Assembly (NCBI GenBank): GCA_019058315.1
Contig: JAHPZH010000003.1
Span: 748,451 to 812,450, forward strand
Direction: 5' to 3'
DNA length: 64,000 bases
Source: Candidatus Helarchaeota archaeon
GTDB taxonomy: Archaea > Asgardarchaeota > Lokiarchaeia > Helarchaeales > RDOG01
This document shows positions 17,878-27,969 of the stretch, piece after piece. The notes under the pieces are model-generated. The model saw only the letters and a program-made list of their open reading frames with translations, had not been told where the DNA came from and searched no databases. The position numbers and the translations under genes were made by a program. The first letter of the stretch is position 1. Every line of letters starts with the position of its first letter.

Positions 17878-20127
17878 TTAATCTTTTTTAATAGCTTCAC
17901 CAATTAGATCTCCCCCACAATCCTTACAAGGAATTATGAAGCCCATATTAATTTTTTGTAAATCTTTTTTGGAAATTCTTGCACCACAAATAGAGCAACG
18001 TAGCTCACTTAATTCACCGATATCTTCTTCTCCTTGAATTTTAGGAGTAAAAAAAAGTGGTTTGGGAGTAATTACCTGAATTTTCTTAGGTTTTATTGTT
18101 GTTTCAGTTTTAGATGGAAAAGAAACAACTTTTAAAGTCCCTGTAGTACCTTCAGCAAATTTTTCCTCTAGTTTTGGTTCTTCCATTTCTGTTTTAGGTG
18201 TTTGTGTTGAACTTTTAAGTTCTTTTTCTATAGAGGGATAAATTTTAATGCTAGGCAAGACATTTAATAGAATTTCAGAAGCTTGATTGAACACAGAAAT
18301 ATTTCCATTCCAATTCACAATTTCTGTTAAAAATTTTTGCTCAAATTGAAATACAAACTCCTTAAGCTTATCGGTTAAAAATTCAGTACCTTTTCCATGC
18401 GATAATAAAGCAGCCCTTATATATTCTCCGTCCTCAAAGTTAATTTCGAAATCTTCATATGTTAATTTTTTCATCATGGTTTCTTTTTTATCTAGTGATA
18501 ATTCAGTTCCAAAGCTAGATATGGCACTTAAAAACCCACTGACAAGAAATGGATCAAGTTCTTCATCAGAACCTAATTTTCCCCTATAAAACGTAAGCCC
18601 AGTCTGTTTTTGAATGACAAGTAGATATCTAAGTATTTTCATTGAATATTTTTGTTCAATTTCATCAATATCTTTATAGAGTGCATTTAATCCTTCCTGT
18701 ATCGACCCCAATTTGGCATATTCGGAAAAGGAATCTTGATAAATTTTTGCATTTGTCTGAATGATAGATTTACTTTCTTTAAGCCATTGAATAATTTCAT
18801 ATTCTAAAGCTGTAGCAAGCCTTTTATCGATTATTTGTTCTATATCAAATTTTTTAGATAAGGTATTAATCCATAACTCAATTCTTTGAGACATATTTGA
18901 ATCAGGAACACTTCTTTGCATTTTTGATTGAATGTCTTTTAGAAATGCAATTATATCACTGATTAATGGTTTGATTTCACAAAGAGTAGCTAATTGTATT
19001 GATTTCTTACAAAGATCAAATGAATCTAAAATTTTAAAACCAATTTGTTCTACAGTACCCCCAATTTTTTGAGCATTTTCAATAGCTAACTTTATATTAT
19101 TCTTAATATAAGCTAATAATCCTGTACTTTGTTTGATATCCTCAGAATATACCTCAATATTTATTTTATTTTCTTGAATAAAAGCTGAAATAATCAATTC
19201 TTGTTCCGTTACTTTAGCCAAACCTGACCATTCGGATAAAAATTTTTCAGGATCATTAAAAATTTCAGTAACATCAAGAGTTGAAATTTGTTCTCTTATT
19301 ATTTTATATGCTTGTTTAGCCGAAAGTAAAAATTCTATTTCCCAAGAACTTTTTTGTAATATCTTTTTAAGATTTTCAATCTTTTCTCTAGCAATTTTTT
19401 CAGGTTGAACTAATGGACATTTGATCTGTATTTCCTTTGGTTCTATTGCAGCTGAACAAGGTTCTCCTTGAAAATCTATGTATGATACAGTTCCATAAAG
19501 GTTTGATTTTCCACAATCCAAGGGAGTTAAGATAAAATCAAGACCTCGTGATTCACCAGGTTTTAAAAAATTTAAAGATTTTACTCTTTCTTCTGTTGAA
19601 AATTGTGTTGTTGGGTTAATAACAACATTAATATCCGAAATTAATTTATCTGATGTATTATCTACAACAACTTTGAAGCGAACATTGCCTCCAACATAAT
19701 CAAATTCTCTTTTTACTAAGACCCTAGCTTGTCTCATTATTGATGGTTTTGGAGGAGGAGTTATATGAGCTATATCTGGCAGTGGGGCTATACTACTTGG
19801 TTTTGGAATAGGGCTGATTTCATCAGAAATGACTTTTTTGGTTTCTAACTGTATTGATTTAACTGGGGTTTCTATTTTAGGTTTTGCTTTTAACTTTTCA
19901 ATTTTTTGAGGAGTGGGTATTGGGGATTCTTCTTTTTTAGTAATTCCCATATCGTCCTCGATTTTTTCTAAGGAATCTAAAGTATCTTCGATATCTTTTT
20001 CAGAAGCTTCTTCAATTGATACTCCAAATAGATCTTCAAATAGTTCTTCTTCTTTTTTCAGTCTCTTTTGGAGTTCTTCTTCTCCTTCTTCTTCTTCCAA
20101 CTCTTGTTTCTTTTTTTTCTTTGACAT
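17878..20127 (-). CDS. Multidomain Asgard-type protein: acidic/Pro-rich N-terminus, Ig/GAE-like, platform-like, Vps28-CTD-like, longin, Zn ribbon
   Basis: VRFKVVVDNTS..ISDINV..LKPGESR (Ig sandwich); RYLLVIQKQTGL..LVSGFLSAISSFG..LTYEDF..F..W.G (longin); CxxC..CxxC at the C-terminus. Confidence 0.7.
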   Translation of the reverse strand: MSKKKKKQELEEEEGEEELQKRLKKEEELFEDLFGVSIEEASEKDIEDTLDSLEKIEDDMGITKKEESPIPTPQKIEKLKAKPKIETPVKSIQLETKKVISDEISPIPKPSSIAPLPDIAHITPPPKPSIMRQARVLVKREFDYVGGNVRFKVVVDNTSDKLISDINVVINPTTQFSTEERVKSLNFLKPGESRGLDFILTPLDCGKSNLYGTVSYIDFQGEPCSAAIEPKEIQIKCPLVQPEKIAREKIENLKKILQKSSWEIEFLLSAKQAYKIIREQISTLDVTEIFNDPEKFLSEWSGLAKVTEQELIISAFIQENKINIEVYSEDIKQSTGLLAYIKNNIKLAIENAQKIGGTVEQIGFKILDSFDLCKKSIQLATLCEIKPLISDIIAFLKDIQSKMQRSVPDSNMSQRIELWINTLSKKFDIEQIIDKRLATALEYEIIQWLKESKSIIQTNAKIYQDSFSEYAKLGSIQEGLNALYKDIDEIEQKYSMKILRYLLVIQKQTGLTFYRGKLGSDEELDPFLVSGFLSAISSFGTELSLDKKETMMKKLTYEDFEINFEDGEYIRAALLSHGKGTEFLTDKLKEFVFQFEQKFLTEIVNWNGNISVFNQASEILLNVLPSIKIYPSIEKELKSSTQTPKTEMEEPKLEEKFAEGTTGTLKVVSFPSKTETTIKPKKIQVITPKPLFFTPKIQGEEDIGELSELRCSICGARISKKDLQKINMGFIIPCKDCGGDLIGEAIKKD

Positions 20128-20389
20128 TTCTCTCGTTAAAGATTTTATTGCTTATAAAATACAATATATCCTTCTTTTAATAATGATAAAATACTATATT
20201 TATCTTAAATAGATTTGTCAATTTACTAAAAAATTAAATAAACAAATTACCAATATTTCTCTCAGAACCGACTTAAGTCCCCTATTTCTATTGAGCAATA
20301 TTTCTTTCTTAATTAGACTTTTTTATTTAATCAATTTAAATATAAAAAAATATAAAAAAAAAGAGTTTAAGTAGGAGATAATTAGTGGA

Positions 20390-20935
20390 TCAAGGGACGT
20401 AAGTTTGGACTAATAAACTAAATTCGTCAATATAATTATTTACTCTATCTGAACGCATTGCTATTGTAATACTATGTTTTCCTGAAGAAATTGATCTCGC
20501 AGTTTGCAATGAAACTGAAAATGATATATCTTGCCCGTTTTCTGACCAACCTCGAATTTCTGTAGTAGGATGATCAAGCCGTTGTCCGTCTAAAACAAAC
20601 TGAAACCTCATATATGTTAGCACTGTCATAGATGGATCGAGAACGCATCTACCAGTAAAAGTAAAAATTACAGATTCTCCTGGATTGACATTGAAATCAA
20701 TTGTTAAATAATTAATTGTGAGCCAAGTTTCAGTAACACCTATAGCATGATCAATTTCAACAAAATTATACCAGGTGTTTATTATCCCTTTTTTGAGAAT
20801 AGTTTGGTCCAATAAATACATCGTTAGTATCGGATCGGTTGAGTTTACTTTATTCAAAGTATAATATCCAAAACCGAGTCCTGCAGCTCCTACTAGAAGA
20901 GCTAGTACAGCTACTACTCCTATTGCTTTTCCCAT
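20390..20935 (-). CDS. N-terminally membrane-anchored beta-sandwich protein
   Basis: Hydrophobic N-terminus followed by a beta-rich domain (F.LDG, SG.HSITI). Confidence 0.65.
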   Translation of the reverse strand: MGKAIGVVAVLALLVGAAGLGFGYYTLNKVNSTDPILTMYLLDQTILKKGIINTWYNFVEIDHAIGVTETWLTINYLTIDFNVNPGESVIFTFTGRCVLDPSMTVLTYMRFQFVLDGQRLDHPTTEIRGWSENGQDISFSVSLQTARSISSGKHSITIAMRSDRVNNYIDEFSLLVQTYVP

Positions 20936-21047
20936 GTTAAAACCTCAACTTTTTATATTATTTTTTTTACATGTTTATATAAAAAAATTAATCACAAATT
21001 TAAATTAAAAATTTTTTTGTTGAGGCAATATTGACCTAACAGATAAT

Positions 21048-21491
21048 TCATTCTTTTATTAATTTTGGACTGTTTAATAGAAGATAAAATAAAATAGGTA
21101 TTAATAATTTAATCAATCCTTGACCAAACTTCGTTAATTCATATGATACTCGCACAGGTCGCTCCGAATGGACTATTCGATTAATTATTTTTTTTTCTTC
21201 TAGAAGTCGTAAGCGATCTGTCAAGGTTCTTGAATTTATATTCTTTAATGCTTTTTTAATATCATTAAAATAAGCCTTTTCTAAAAAAAATAAAACGTAA
21301 AGTATATCAGCAGTCCATTTTCCCCGAAAAATAGGTGAACTTTCACTTAAAAAAGGTTTATAATATTTAATTTTTTTAACTAAATCTTTTTGTTCCTTTA
21401 TTTCTCTCTCCATTCCAATTGTAACCGAATTTTGAATATTAGGAATAAGATCAATGAGTTCCTTAAAGTTACTTAATTTAAATCCTGACAT
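21048..21491 (-). CDS. HxlR-family winged-helix regulator
   Basis: GKWT..IL..L, FNDIKK.L..INSRTLT.RLR.LE, RPVRVSYELT..G. Confidence 0.9.
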   Translation of the reverse strand: MSGFKLSNFKELIDLIPNIQNSVTIGMEREIKEQKDLVKKIKYYKPFLSESSPIFRGKWTADILYVLFFLEKAYFNDIKKALKNINSRTLTDRLRLLEEKKIINRIVHSERPVRVSYELTKFGQGLIKLLIPILFYLLLNSPKLIKE

Positions 21492-21701
21492 TTTCTCTCA
21501 CTAATCTTCTTGATATTTGGTAGTTTGAACTATATTAAGTGAAAAAAAAGATACTTTGTCAATTTTTTCTCTCTTTTTTATTTATATTTATTAAAGTTAG
21601 TTTACTATTTAAAGCTGGTGTAACTATTAAATTGATAAAATATACAGTAAAAAAATTTCAACATTAAAAAAATAAGAAATTACACAATATGGAGGTCTGA
21701 A

Positions 21702-22508
21702 ATGAAAGTAAATATCGATGGAGTTAATATCAATTATGTTTTTAAAGGAAAAGGAAAGCCAATTATACTAATTCATGGACATGGAGAAAATATTTACACG
21801 TGGAGACATAACATAGATAAATTAGCAGAAAATTTTAAAGTTTATGCTCTTGATTTGAAAGGTTTTGGAGAGTCGGATAAACCAATAGACAGTGATTATT
21901 CTATTTCCAGTATGTCGGAGTTAGTCATTAATTTCATGGATAGATTAGATATTGATCAAGCTGTCATTGTATGTCATTCGTTTGGAGGAAAAATTGGCAT
22001 TCAATCAATAGTTGATCATCCAAATAGATTCGTTGGATTAGGATTATTGGGAAGTGCTGTTACAAAATTTAAGATGGATCCTAACTATCGCTTAATTAGT
22101 GATGAAAAAAAAGGAAGATTTTTGCTTAATTTATTTAATAGGGATGTAATAAAGCAAACAATCAAAAGCATACACGATAAAAGTTATAAAATCACTGATG
22201 AAGACATTGATAATGAAATTAAAATAGGGGATAGTGAAGGTGCAAAACACGCATTTCAACAATATTTAATTGAATTTCTTAAAAATGAAGAAGCATTTAT
22301 AGAAAAATTAGATAAAATATCAGTTCCAACACTCATAATCTGGGGAAAGAATGATAAATTCATATCATCAGAGCATGGAAAACTTATCGAAGAGAGAATT
22401 AAAGATTCAAAGTTGGTAATTTTGGAAAATTGCGGGCATAATTCTCATGAAGATCAAGATGAGATTGTCAATCAATTGATTATCGAAAATTTTGGCAATT
22501 TTAGTTAA
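21702..22508 (+). CDS. Alpha/beta hydrolase
   Basis: LIHG, DLKGFGES, CHSFGG nucleophile elbow, IWGKND, GHNSH. Confidence 0.92.
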   Translation: MKVNIDGVNINYVFKGKGKPIILIHGHGENIYTWRHNIDKLAENFKVYALDLKGFGESDKPIDSDYSISSMSELVINFMDRLDIDQAVIVCHSFGGKIGIQSIVDHPNRFVGLGLLGSAVTKFKMDPNYRLISDEKKGRFLLNLFNRDVIKQTIKSIHDKSYKITDEDIDNEIKIGDSEGAKHAFQQYLIEFLKNEEAFIEKLDKISVPTLIIWGKNDKFISSEHGKLIEERIKDSKLVILENCGHNSHEDQDEIVNQLIIENFGNFS

Positions 22509-22551
22509 TTTTTACATTTTTTTTTTATTAATAATTAGAAATACAATAAAG

Positions 22552-24066
22552 TTAATCTAATTTTGTCTTTTTTGAATATGCACCCCATTTAGCTAATGAT
22601 GCAAATGTTCGGGCGATTCTATCGAATTCGGGAAGACATACGACTTTGTGAGAGCGGAGCATGCCAGGTATTCCGGTATTTGAATTAACTGGACCCAGCA
22701 AAAATACCGGTTTCTCATGAATTTCTACATATTTTCGTAACTTCTTGATAGGACCGGCCATTGTTTCTTCAAGCAGCTTGTTTATTGCTCCTTTTCTCTC
22801 TTTCTTTGGATCGCTCCCAAAATCAATGCCAAAATCAACAAATTTTGCATGTTTATCATCAAAATTTCCCATAAGGAAGACTACTCCATCAAAATTTTTT
22901 TCCTCTAATAGAGATTTGATAATGGTAGTAATTGACCTGAAATTCATAGCATCCGTAAGATCTATTGGATTAGAGTGTGACCAATATTCGGGAAGCATTT
23001 TTTTACTATCAATTTTTTCAATTAACTCGGGACTTAATGGAGGAAGATTCAGACCGGCCTTACTGCAAGCATCAGAAATCATTACCCCAAGACTCCCAGC
23101 AAACGTAACAATGCCAATTTTGTTACCTTTAGGAATATGTGAAATCATAAAGGCACAACAAACATCTGCAAGTTCGGTTATACTTTCTACAGCAATTATT
23201 CCAGTTTGTTTTAAAACACCATCAAAAATTTTATTACCATATTCTCCCGCAATAGCGCCGACATGACTTAAAGCAGCTCGTTTTCCTGCATCCGTAACAC
23301 CAGACTTATAAAATACAACTGGTTTTTTGGGTGTCACTTTTTTGGTGATTTTTATAAATTCTGGTCCATTTGAAATTCCCTCAGAATAAGCTCCAATCAC
23401 TTTAGTTTCGGGATCTTGGCCGTAATATTCTATAAAATCATGTGTATCTAGATATGCAGCGTCTCCTACATTAATAAATTTTGAAACACCCATTTCTCTC
23501 ATGCGGGTTTCTATCATTGAATACACACCAGCAGTTCCTCCCCGAGAAACATACGAAATATTGCCTGGTATATTACGAACTCGTGGACCAAAAATGGCAT
23601 TAAGTGAAACTGCGCTGCTATAAATTCCATTACAGTTTGGACCTGTAAAGACAAAACCATTTTTTTTGGCAATTTTTACAAGTTCTTTTTGTAATTTAAC
23701 TTTCTCACGGTCATATAAGATGGATTCAGCAAATCCAGAGGATATGATTACAACAGCATTTATATTATATTCACCGCATTCCTCCAAAACTTCTGGTACA
23801 ACTCTTGAAGGAACAATTACAAATGCTAAATCTAAATCATCTTTAATTTTATCCAAACTAGTTTCTACGGACCTTCCCAAAATTTTTTTCCCGGGTTCAA
23901 TATATTTATTAACCAAATATAATGGACCTGTATATCCTCCCTTTATTGTATTTGTGAGTATCATTCCACTTGGACCAATTAAATTCCTACTAACGCCGAT
24001 TAATGTGACATTTTTTGGATGAAAAAAAGAATCCATCAATTTTAATTTTTGTTTGTCCATATTCAA
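22552..24066 (-). CDS. ADP-forming acyl-CoA ligase alpha subunit
   Basis: IISSGFAE, GPNCNG, AALSHVGAIAG (phospho-His), NPIDL. Confidence 0.9.
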   Translation of the reverse strand: MNMDKQKLKLMDSFFHPKNVTLIGVSRNLIGPSGMILTNTIKGGYTGPLYLVNKYIEPGKKILGRSVETSLDKIKDDLDLAFVIVPSRVVPEVLEECGEYNINAVVIISSGFAESILYDREKVKLQKELVKIAKKNGFVFTGPNCNGIYSSAVSLNAIFGPRVRNIPGNISYVSRGGTAGVYSMIETRMREMGVSKFINVGDAAYLDTHDFIEYYGQDPETKVIGAYSEGISNGPEFIKITKKVTPKKPVVFYKSGVTDAGKRAALSHVGAIAGEYGNKIFDGVLKQTGIIAVESITELADVCCAFMISHIPKGNKIGIVTFAGSLGVMISDACSKAGLNLPPLSPELIEKIDSKKMLPEYWSHSNPIDLTDAMNFRSITTIIKSLLEEKNFDGVVFLMGNFDDKHAKFVDFGIDFGSDPKKERKGAINKLLEETMAGPIKKLRKYVEIHEKPVFLLGPVNSNTGIPGMLRSHKVVCLPEFDRIARTFASLAKWGAYSKKTKLD

Positions 24067-24178
24067 ACAAATGAGAGTGATAATTAAAATTTTTTCTTTT
24101 AAAATTGACTAATTTCAGTCATATAATAAAATTTTTAATATTATAGAATATAATGATACGATTTCGTAGTAAAATGTT

Positions 24179-25039
24179 TTAGTCAAAATTAGTACCGCAT
24201 TTATCACAAAAATTTGCTACTTTACGAATTTTTGCTCCGCAATTAGGACAGAATTTATAATTTTCATCTTCCGAAACTATATTTGATTTTTTAAATTTTG
24301 TTAATACTGTATTCATTGCAATAGCAAAATTCTCTTGTAATTCTGGTCTCAATTGTGAATTATTTTTAAAAGTTATGTAGCAGATTTGACCATTATTTAA
24401 TACTATCTTGTGATTAATTTTATTTGCCTGACCCATTTCACCTTTGATTAAGATATTTTCAAGAAATAACTCAATATCACTTATAGGTACAGAAACAATA
24501 ATTTCTTCAGATTTTTTATCCCAAATTTTAAGAGATTGCTCTGTTAATCTTACCGTGGCTTCTTTCTCTTCATTATGATTTGGTACATTTTCTAATTTAA
24601 AATAACAATATTCACTATTTTGAAAAACCAATTTCTCCTTTTTAACTATTATATTTCTGCTCGGATCTAGAGAAAAGCCAAATTCTCTATCTAGAGCATT
24701 AAGAAATTTTTTATGGTGTTTTTTACTCATTGATCCTGTCCAGGAATAAAAGGAAATGTAATATTTTTCCCCATTTAAAAGAATTATTTCATAATATGGA
24801 ATATATTTTGGTATATGTCTTATAATCTTTGAAATTTCGCTGATTTCTATAATTACTTCCTTATTTTTTCTACCTTTGGGAAAAATTTCTAAAAAACGAC
24901 CTCTAATTATTATTACAGCAGATTTCATATCAAAAATTTTTGTAAATCTTTTCGTAAAATGCCCATCTCGTTTTGCAACAAAAAATATTTCTTGTTCCTT
25001 TTGTTCGTTGGACACATAAACCACATTTAATGAAGACAC
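24179..25039 (-). CDS. Tandem PH-like domains with C-terminal zinc ribbon
   Basis: Two similar units (L.I......I.ISEI..I...I.L.NG..YI.F...F..A); FCPNCG..FCDKCG. Confidence 0.6.
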   Translation of the reverse strand: MSSLNVVYVSNEQKEQEIFFVAKRDGHFTKRFTKIFDMKSAVIIIRGRFLEIFPKGRKNKEVIIEISEISKIIRHIPKYIPYYEIILLNGEKYYISFYSWTGSMSKKHHKKFLNALDREFGFSLDPSRNIIVKKEKLVFQNSEYCYFKLENVPNHNEEKEATVRLTEQSLKIWDKKSEEIIVSVPISDIELFLENILIKGEMGQANKINHKIVLNNGQICYITFKNNSQLRPELQENFAIAMNTVLTKFKKSNIVSEDENYKFCPNCGAKIRKVANFCDKCGTNFD

Positions 25040-25395
25040 TTTATTACTAATATTTCTTTGTAATATGGTATATATTAAAAAAAATAAAGTTAAAAAAAGA
25101 ATTTAGAAGAACACCTAAATTGAAATGTTTTTTGAGGGTATTTTTCAACATCTAGACTGGCTGGACCCTTTTTTCAGAATTCTACTCCTAAGATTATATT
25201 ATTTCACAACAATTTATTAGGAAATATTCAATTCTGTAAATGAATAACTCAATAACTAAAAAAATAGTAATCTATGCATTTATCATAATGTTTAAAACTA
25301 CCTCGTAAAATGTATATGAAGGTAAAAATCTCAATAAAAAACTAAATTAATTTAAATAAAAACAAAGGGAGATTTTTAAAATTAAGAAGGAATCG

Positions 25396-27843
25396 ATGAT
25401 TATTATATTGATATCTCAAATGATACTTTTTTCGGTTTTTGTTGCGCTATATAACAATAATTCCTTTGAAATACCAATTTTGGCAGATAAGCAAGGCCAG
25501 TTTAATTTATCTAGTTCAGATTGGGCTAATGCAACAGTAATTTCAGATGATTCAACAGGTTGGAATAATGGTGCAAGTCTAGATCCTGCTATCGCAATTG
25601 ATAATAATGGAGTGATACATATCGTATGGACTGATACTACCATGGCTGAATGGAGCGCTGGTGGAACAGATTGGGAGATATTGTATGCAAATTATACAGC
25701 CGCAGGATGGTCCAATGCAACATGTATTTCAGATGATTATACTGGATGGAATAATGATTATAGTCAAGATCCGGATATTGCTATCGACCAAGATGGAAAT
25801 ATTCATGTGGTCTGGAGAGAAGATACGGACGGAACATGGGGAACAGACCAAGAAATTATGTATGTAAATTATACTGCAGCAGGCTGGTCTAATGCTACTT
25901 GTATTTCAGAATATTATGAATCGAAGCTCAATATAGGAGATAGTGCTAACCCTAGTATTGCAATAGATAATATTGGAAATTTACATGTAGTTTGGAATGA
26001 TGATACTGATGGACAATGGGGAACTGATATAGATATAATGTATACAAATTATACTGCAACAGGCTGGTCCAATGCCACAGTGATTTCAGATGATTTTACA
26101 GATTGGAACACGGGTCTTAGCGCATCACCTGATATTGCTATTGATAATAATGGAGTGATACACGTGGGGTGGACAGATGTTACACCCGGTCCATGGGGAT
26201 CAGATTATGAAATCATGTATACAAATTATACTGCAACAGGCTGGTCTAATGCAACTGTAATTTCGGATCTTTATGGGTGGAATGATGGTCAAAGTGAAGG
26301 TTGTCAAATCGCTATAGATAATAATAATTATTTACATGTAGTTTGGAATGATGAAACTGATGGTGAATGGGGAACAGATCAAGAAATAATGTATGTAAAT
26401 TATACTGCAGCCGGTTGGTCTAATGCCACTTGTATTTCAGAATATTATGATTCGAATCTCAATACAGGAGATAGTAATAATCCGAAATTGACTATAGATA
26501 ATAATGAAAATTTACATGTAGTCTGGAGTGATGATACTGTTGGAGAATGGGGAGCGGATCGGGAGATAATGTATGTAAATTATACTGCAACGGGTTGGTC
26601 TAATATGTCCGTAATTTCAGATGATAACACTTTATGGAATGATGGTTCTAGTTTAGTTCCTAATATTGCAATGGAAAATACTGGGAATATTCATGTAGTC
26701 TGGAGTGATACTACGAATGGGGAATGGGGAACAGATCAGGAGATAATGTATTCTTTTATAGGAGATATAGAATATCCAAATATAGCTTCAGTTTCAAGAT
26801 ACCCCTCTGCCCCAGGTAATCTGGATACAGTAAATATTACTGTTCATATTACCGATAATGTCGGTGTAGATACAGTGTTAATCAATTCGAATCATACTGG
26901 AACTCCATTATATTATACGATGGATTACCTTTCAGGGACTATTCAAGATGGTTATTGGAACTATACAATTCCAACAACATCTGCAGGAACAAAAGTAGAA
27001 TACTCATTTATGGCGAATGATACTAATAAACACACAGTCACAGATGGACCGTACCAATATATAGTCCTGGATAACGAAGTTCCGAATATATATATAGTCA
27101 ATTGGGTTCCAAGTAACCCTAGTAATTATAACACCGTAAATGTTACTGCAAATGTTGGTGACAATATCGGAGTAGATACAGTTATAATAAATTCAAATCA
27201 CACAGGAACTCCTACTAATTATACAATGGATTTTCTTTCTGGATCTGCCCAGCTTGGATGGTGGAATTATACAATTCCAGCTTATCCTCCAATGACAACT
27301 ATTACTTTTACTGTATATGCAAATGATTCCGAAAACAACCCCAACACATATGGTCCCAACCAATACACGATTCAAGATGTCGATAGCCCAAGTATAATTT
27401 CAGTTTCTCAGAATCCAAATCAACCTAGTAGTCAGGAAACAGTCAATATTACTGTACAAGTTACTGATAATGTTGGAGTACATAAAGTATTACTATTAAT
27501 ATTTAATAGCACAGGTGGCTTTGATATTTATCCAATGGATTTTCTTTCAGGAACTATTCAAAATGGCTATTGGAACTACACAATTCCCGCATATCCAGCA
27601 GGAACTTTTGTTAACTATACGATTTATGTAAATGATACGAGTAATAATCCTAGTGTTTGGATATTCGAAAACTACACAGTTCGTGGTGAAGGAGAAGAAC
27701 CAACTTTATGGCCATTATTATTAATGGGAGGCGAAGAGAGTAATATAATTGTAATTACATTAGTAATTGTAGTTATAGGACTGATTGTCGCCATTGGAAT
27801 ATACGGATACCGTAAATCCCCTGAAAAATCACCAAAACCATAG
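25396..27843 (+). CDS. Cell-surface glycoprotein: 7-repeat beta-propeller, three Ig-like repeats, C-terminal TM anchor
   Basis: About 59-aa repeats WSNAT.ISD..P.IAID..G..HVVW.D...EIMY; three V.I...VTDNVGV..V repeats; many N-x-T sequons; hydrophobic N- and C-termini. Confidence 0.85.
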   Translation: MIIILISQMILFSVFVALYNNNSFEIPILADKQGQFNLSSSDWANATVISDDSTGWNNGASLDPAIAIDNNGVIHIVWTDTTMAEWSAGGTDWEILYANYTAAGWSNATCISDDYTGWNNDYSQDPDIAIDQDGNIHVVWREDTDGTWGTDQEIMYVNYTAAGWSNATCISEYYESKLNIGDSANPSIAIDNIGNLHVVWNDDTDGQWGTDIDIMYTNYTATGWSNATVISDDFTDWNTGLSASPDIAIDNNGVIHVGWTDVTPGPWGSDYEIMYTNYTATGWSNATVISDLYGWNDGQSEGCQIAIDNNNYLHVVWNDETDGEWGTDQEIMYVNYTAAGWSNATCISEYYDSNLNTGDSNNPKLTIDNNENLHVVWSDDTVGEWGADREIMYVNYTATGWSNMSVISDDNTLWNDGSSLVPNIAMENTGNIHVVWSDTTNGEWGTDQEIMYSFIGDIEYPNIASVSRYPSAPGNLDTVNITVHITDNVGVDTVLINSNHTGTPLYYTMDYLSGTIQDGYWNYTIPTTSAGTKVEYSFMANDTNKHTVTDGPYQYIVLDNEVPNIYIVNWVPSNPSNYNTVNVTANVGDNIGVDTVIINSNHTGTPTNYTMDFLSGSAQLGWWNYTIPAYPPMTTITFTVYANDSENNPNTYGPNQYTIQDVDSPSIISVSQNPNQPSSQETVNITVQVTDNVGVHKVLLLIFNSTGGFDIYPMDFLSGTIQNGYWNYTIPAYPAGTFVNYTIYVNDTSNNPSVWIFENYTVRGEGEEPTLWPLLLMGGEESNIIVITLVIVVIGLIVAIGIYGYRKSPEKSPKP
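25520..26760 (+). repeat. Seven imperfect intragenic repeats of about 177-180 bp
   Basis: Recurrent aattatactgca.c.gg.tggtctaatgc block, in frame with the protein repeats. Confidence 0.85.
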
Positions 27844-27969
27844 TTACAATAAATTTAATTTTTTTTTATTTTTTTAAATTCGAAAATGTAATACTTTAAT
27901 CTATATTTTTAATTAAAATTATATTATTCTTTCATTTTTTTTTATCTAAAAAAACCCGAGTTTATTGAA

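Noticed and set aside
22745-24022. Plus-strand ORFs of 173 and 118 aa
   Set aside because: Antisense to the well-supported acyl-CoA ligase. The same applies to the other short overlapping ORFs in the track.
25130-25175. Possible hairpin agggt...accct in the intergenic region
   Set aside because: Only about 5 bp of pairing, expected by chance.
25520-26760. Regularly spaced repeats as a CRISPR array or DGR template
   Set aside because: They are in-frame protein repeats; there is no reverse transcriptase and no evident adenine-specific variation.
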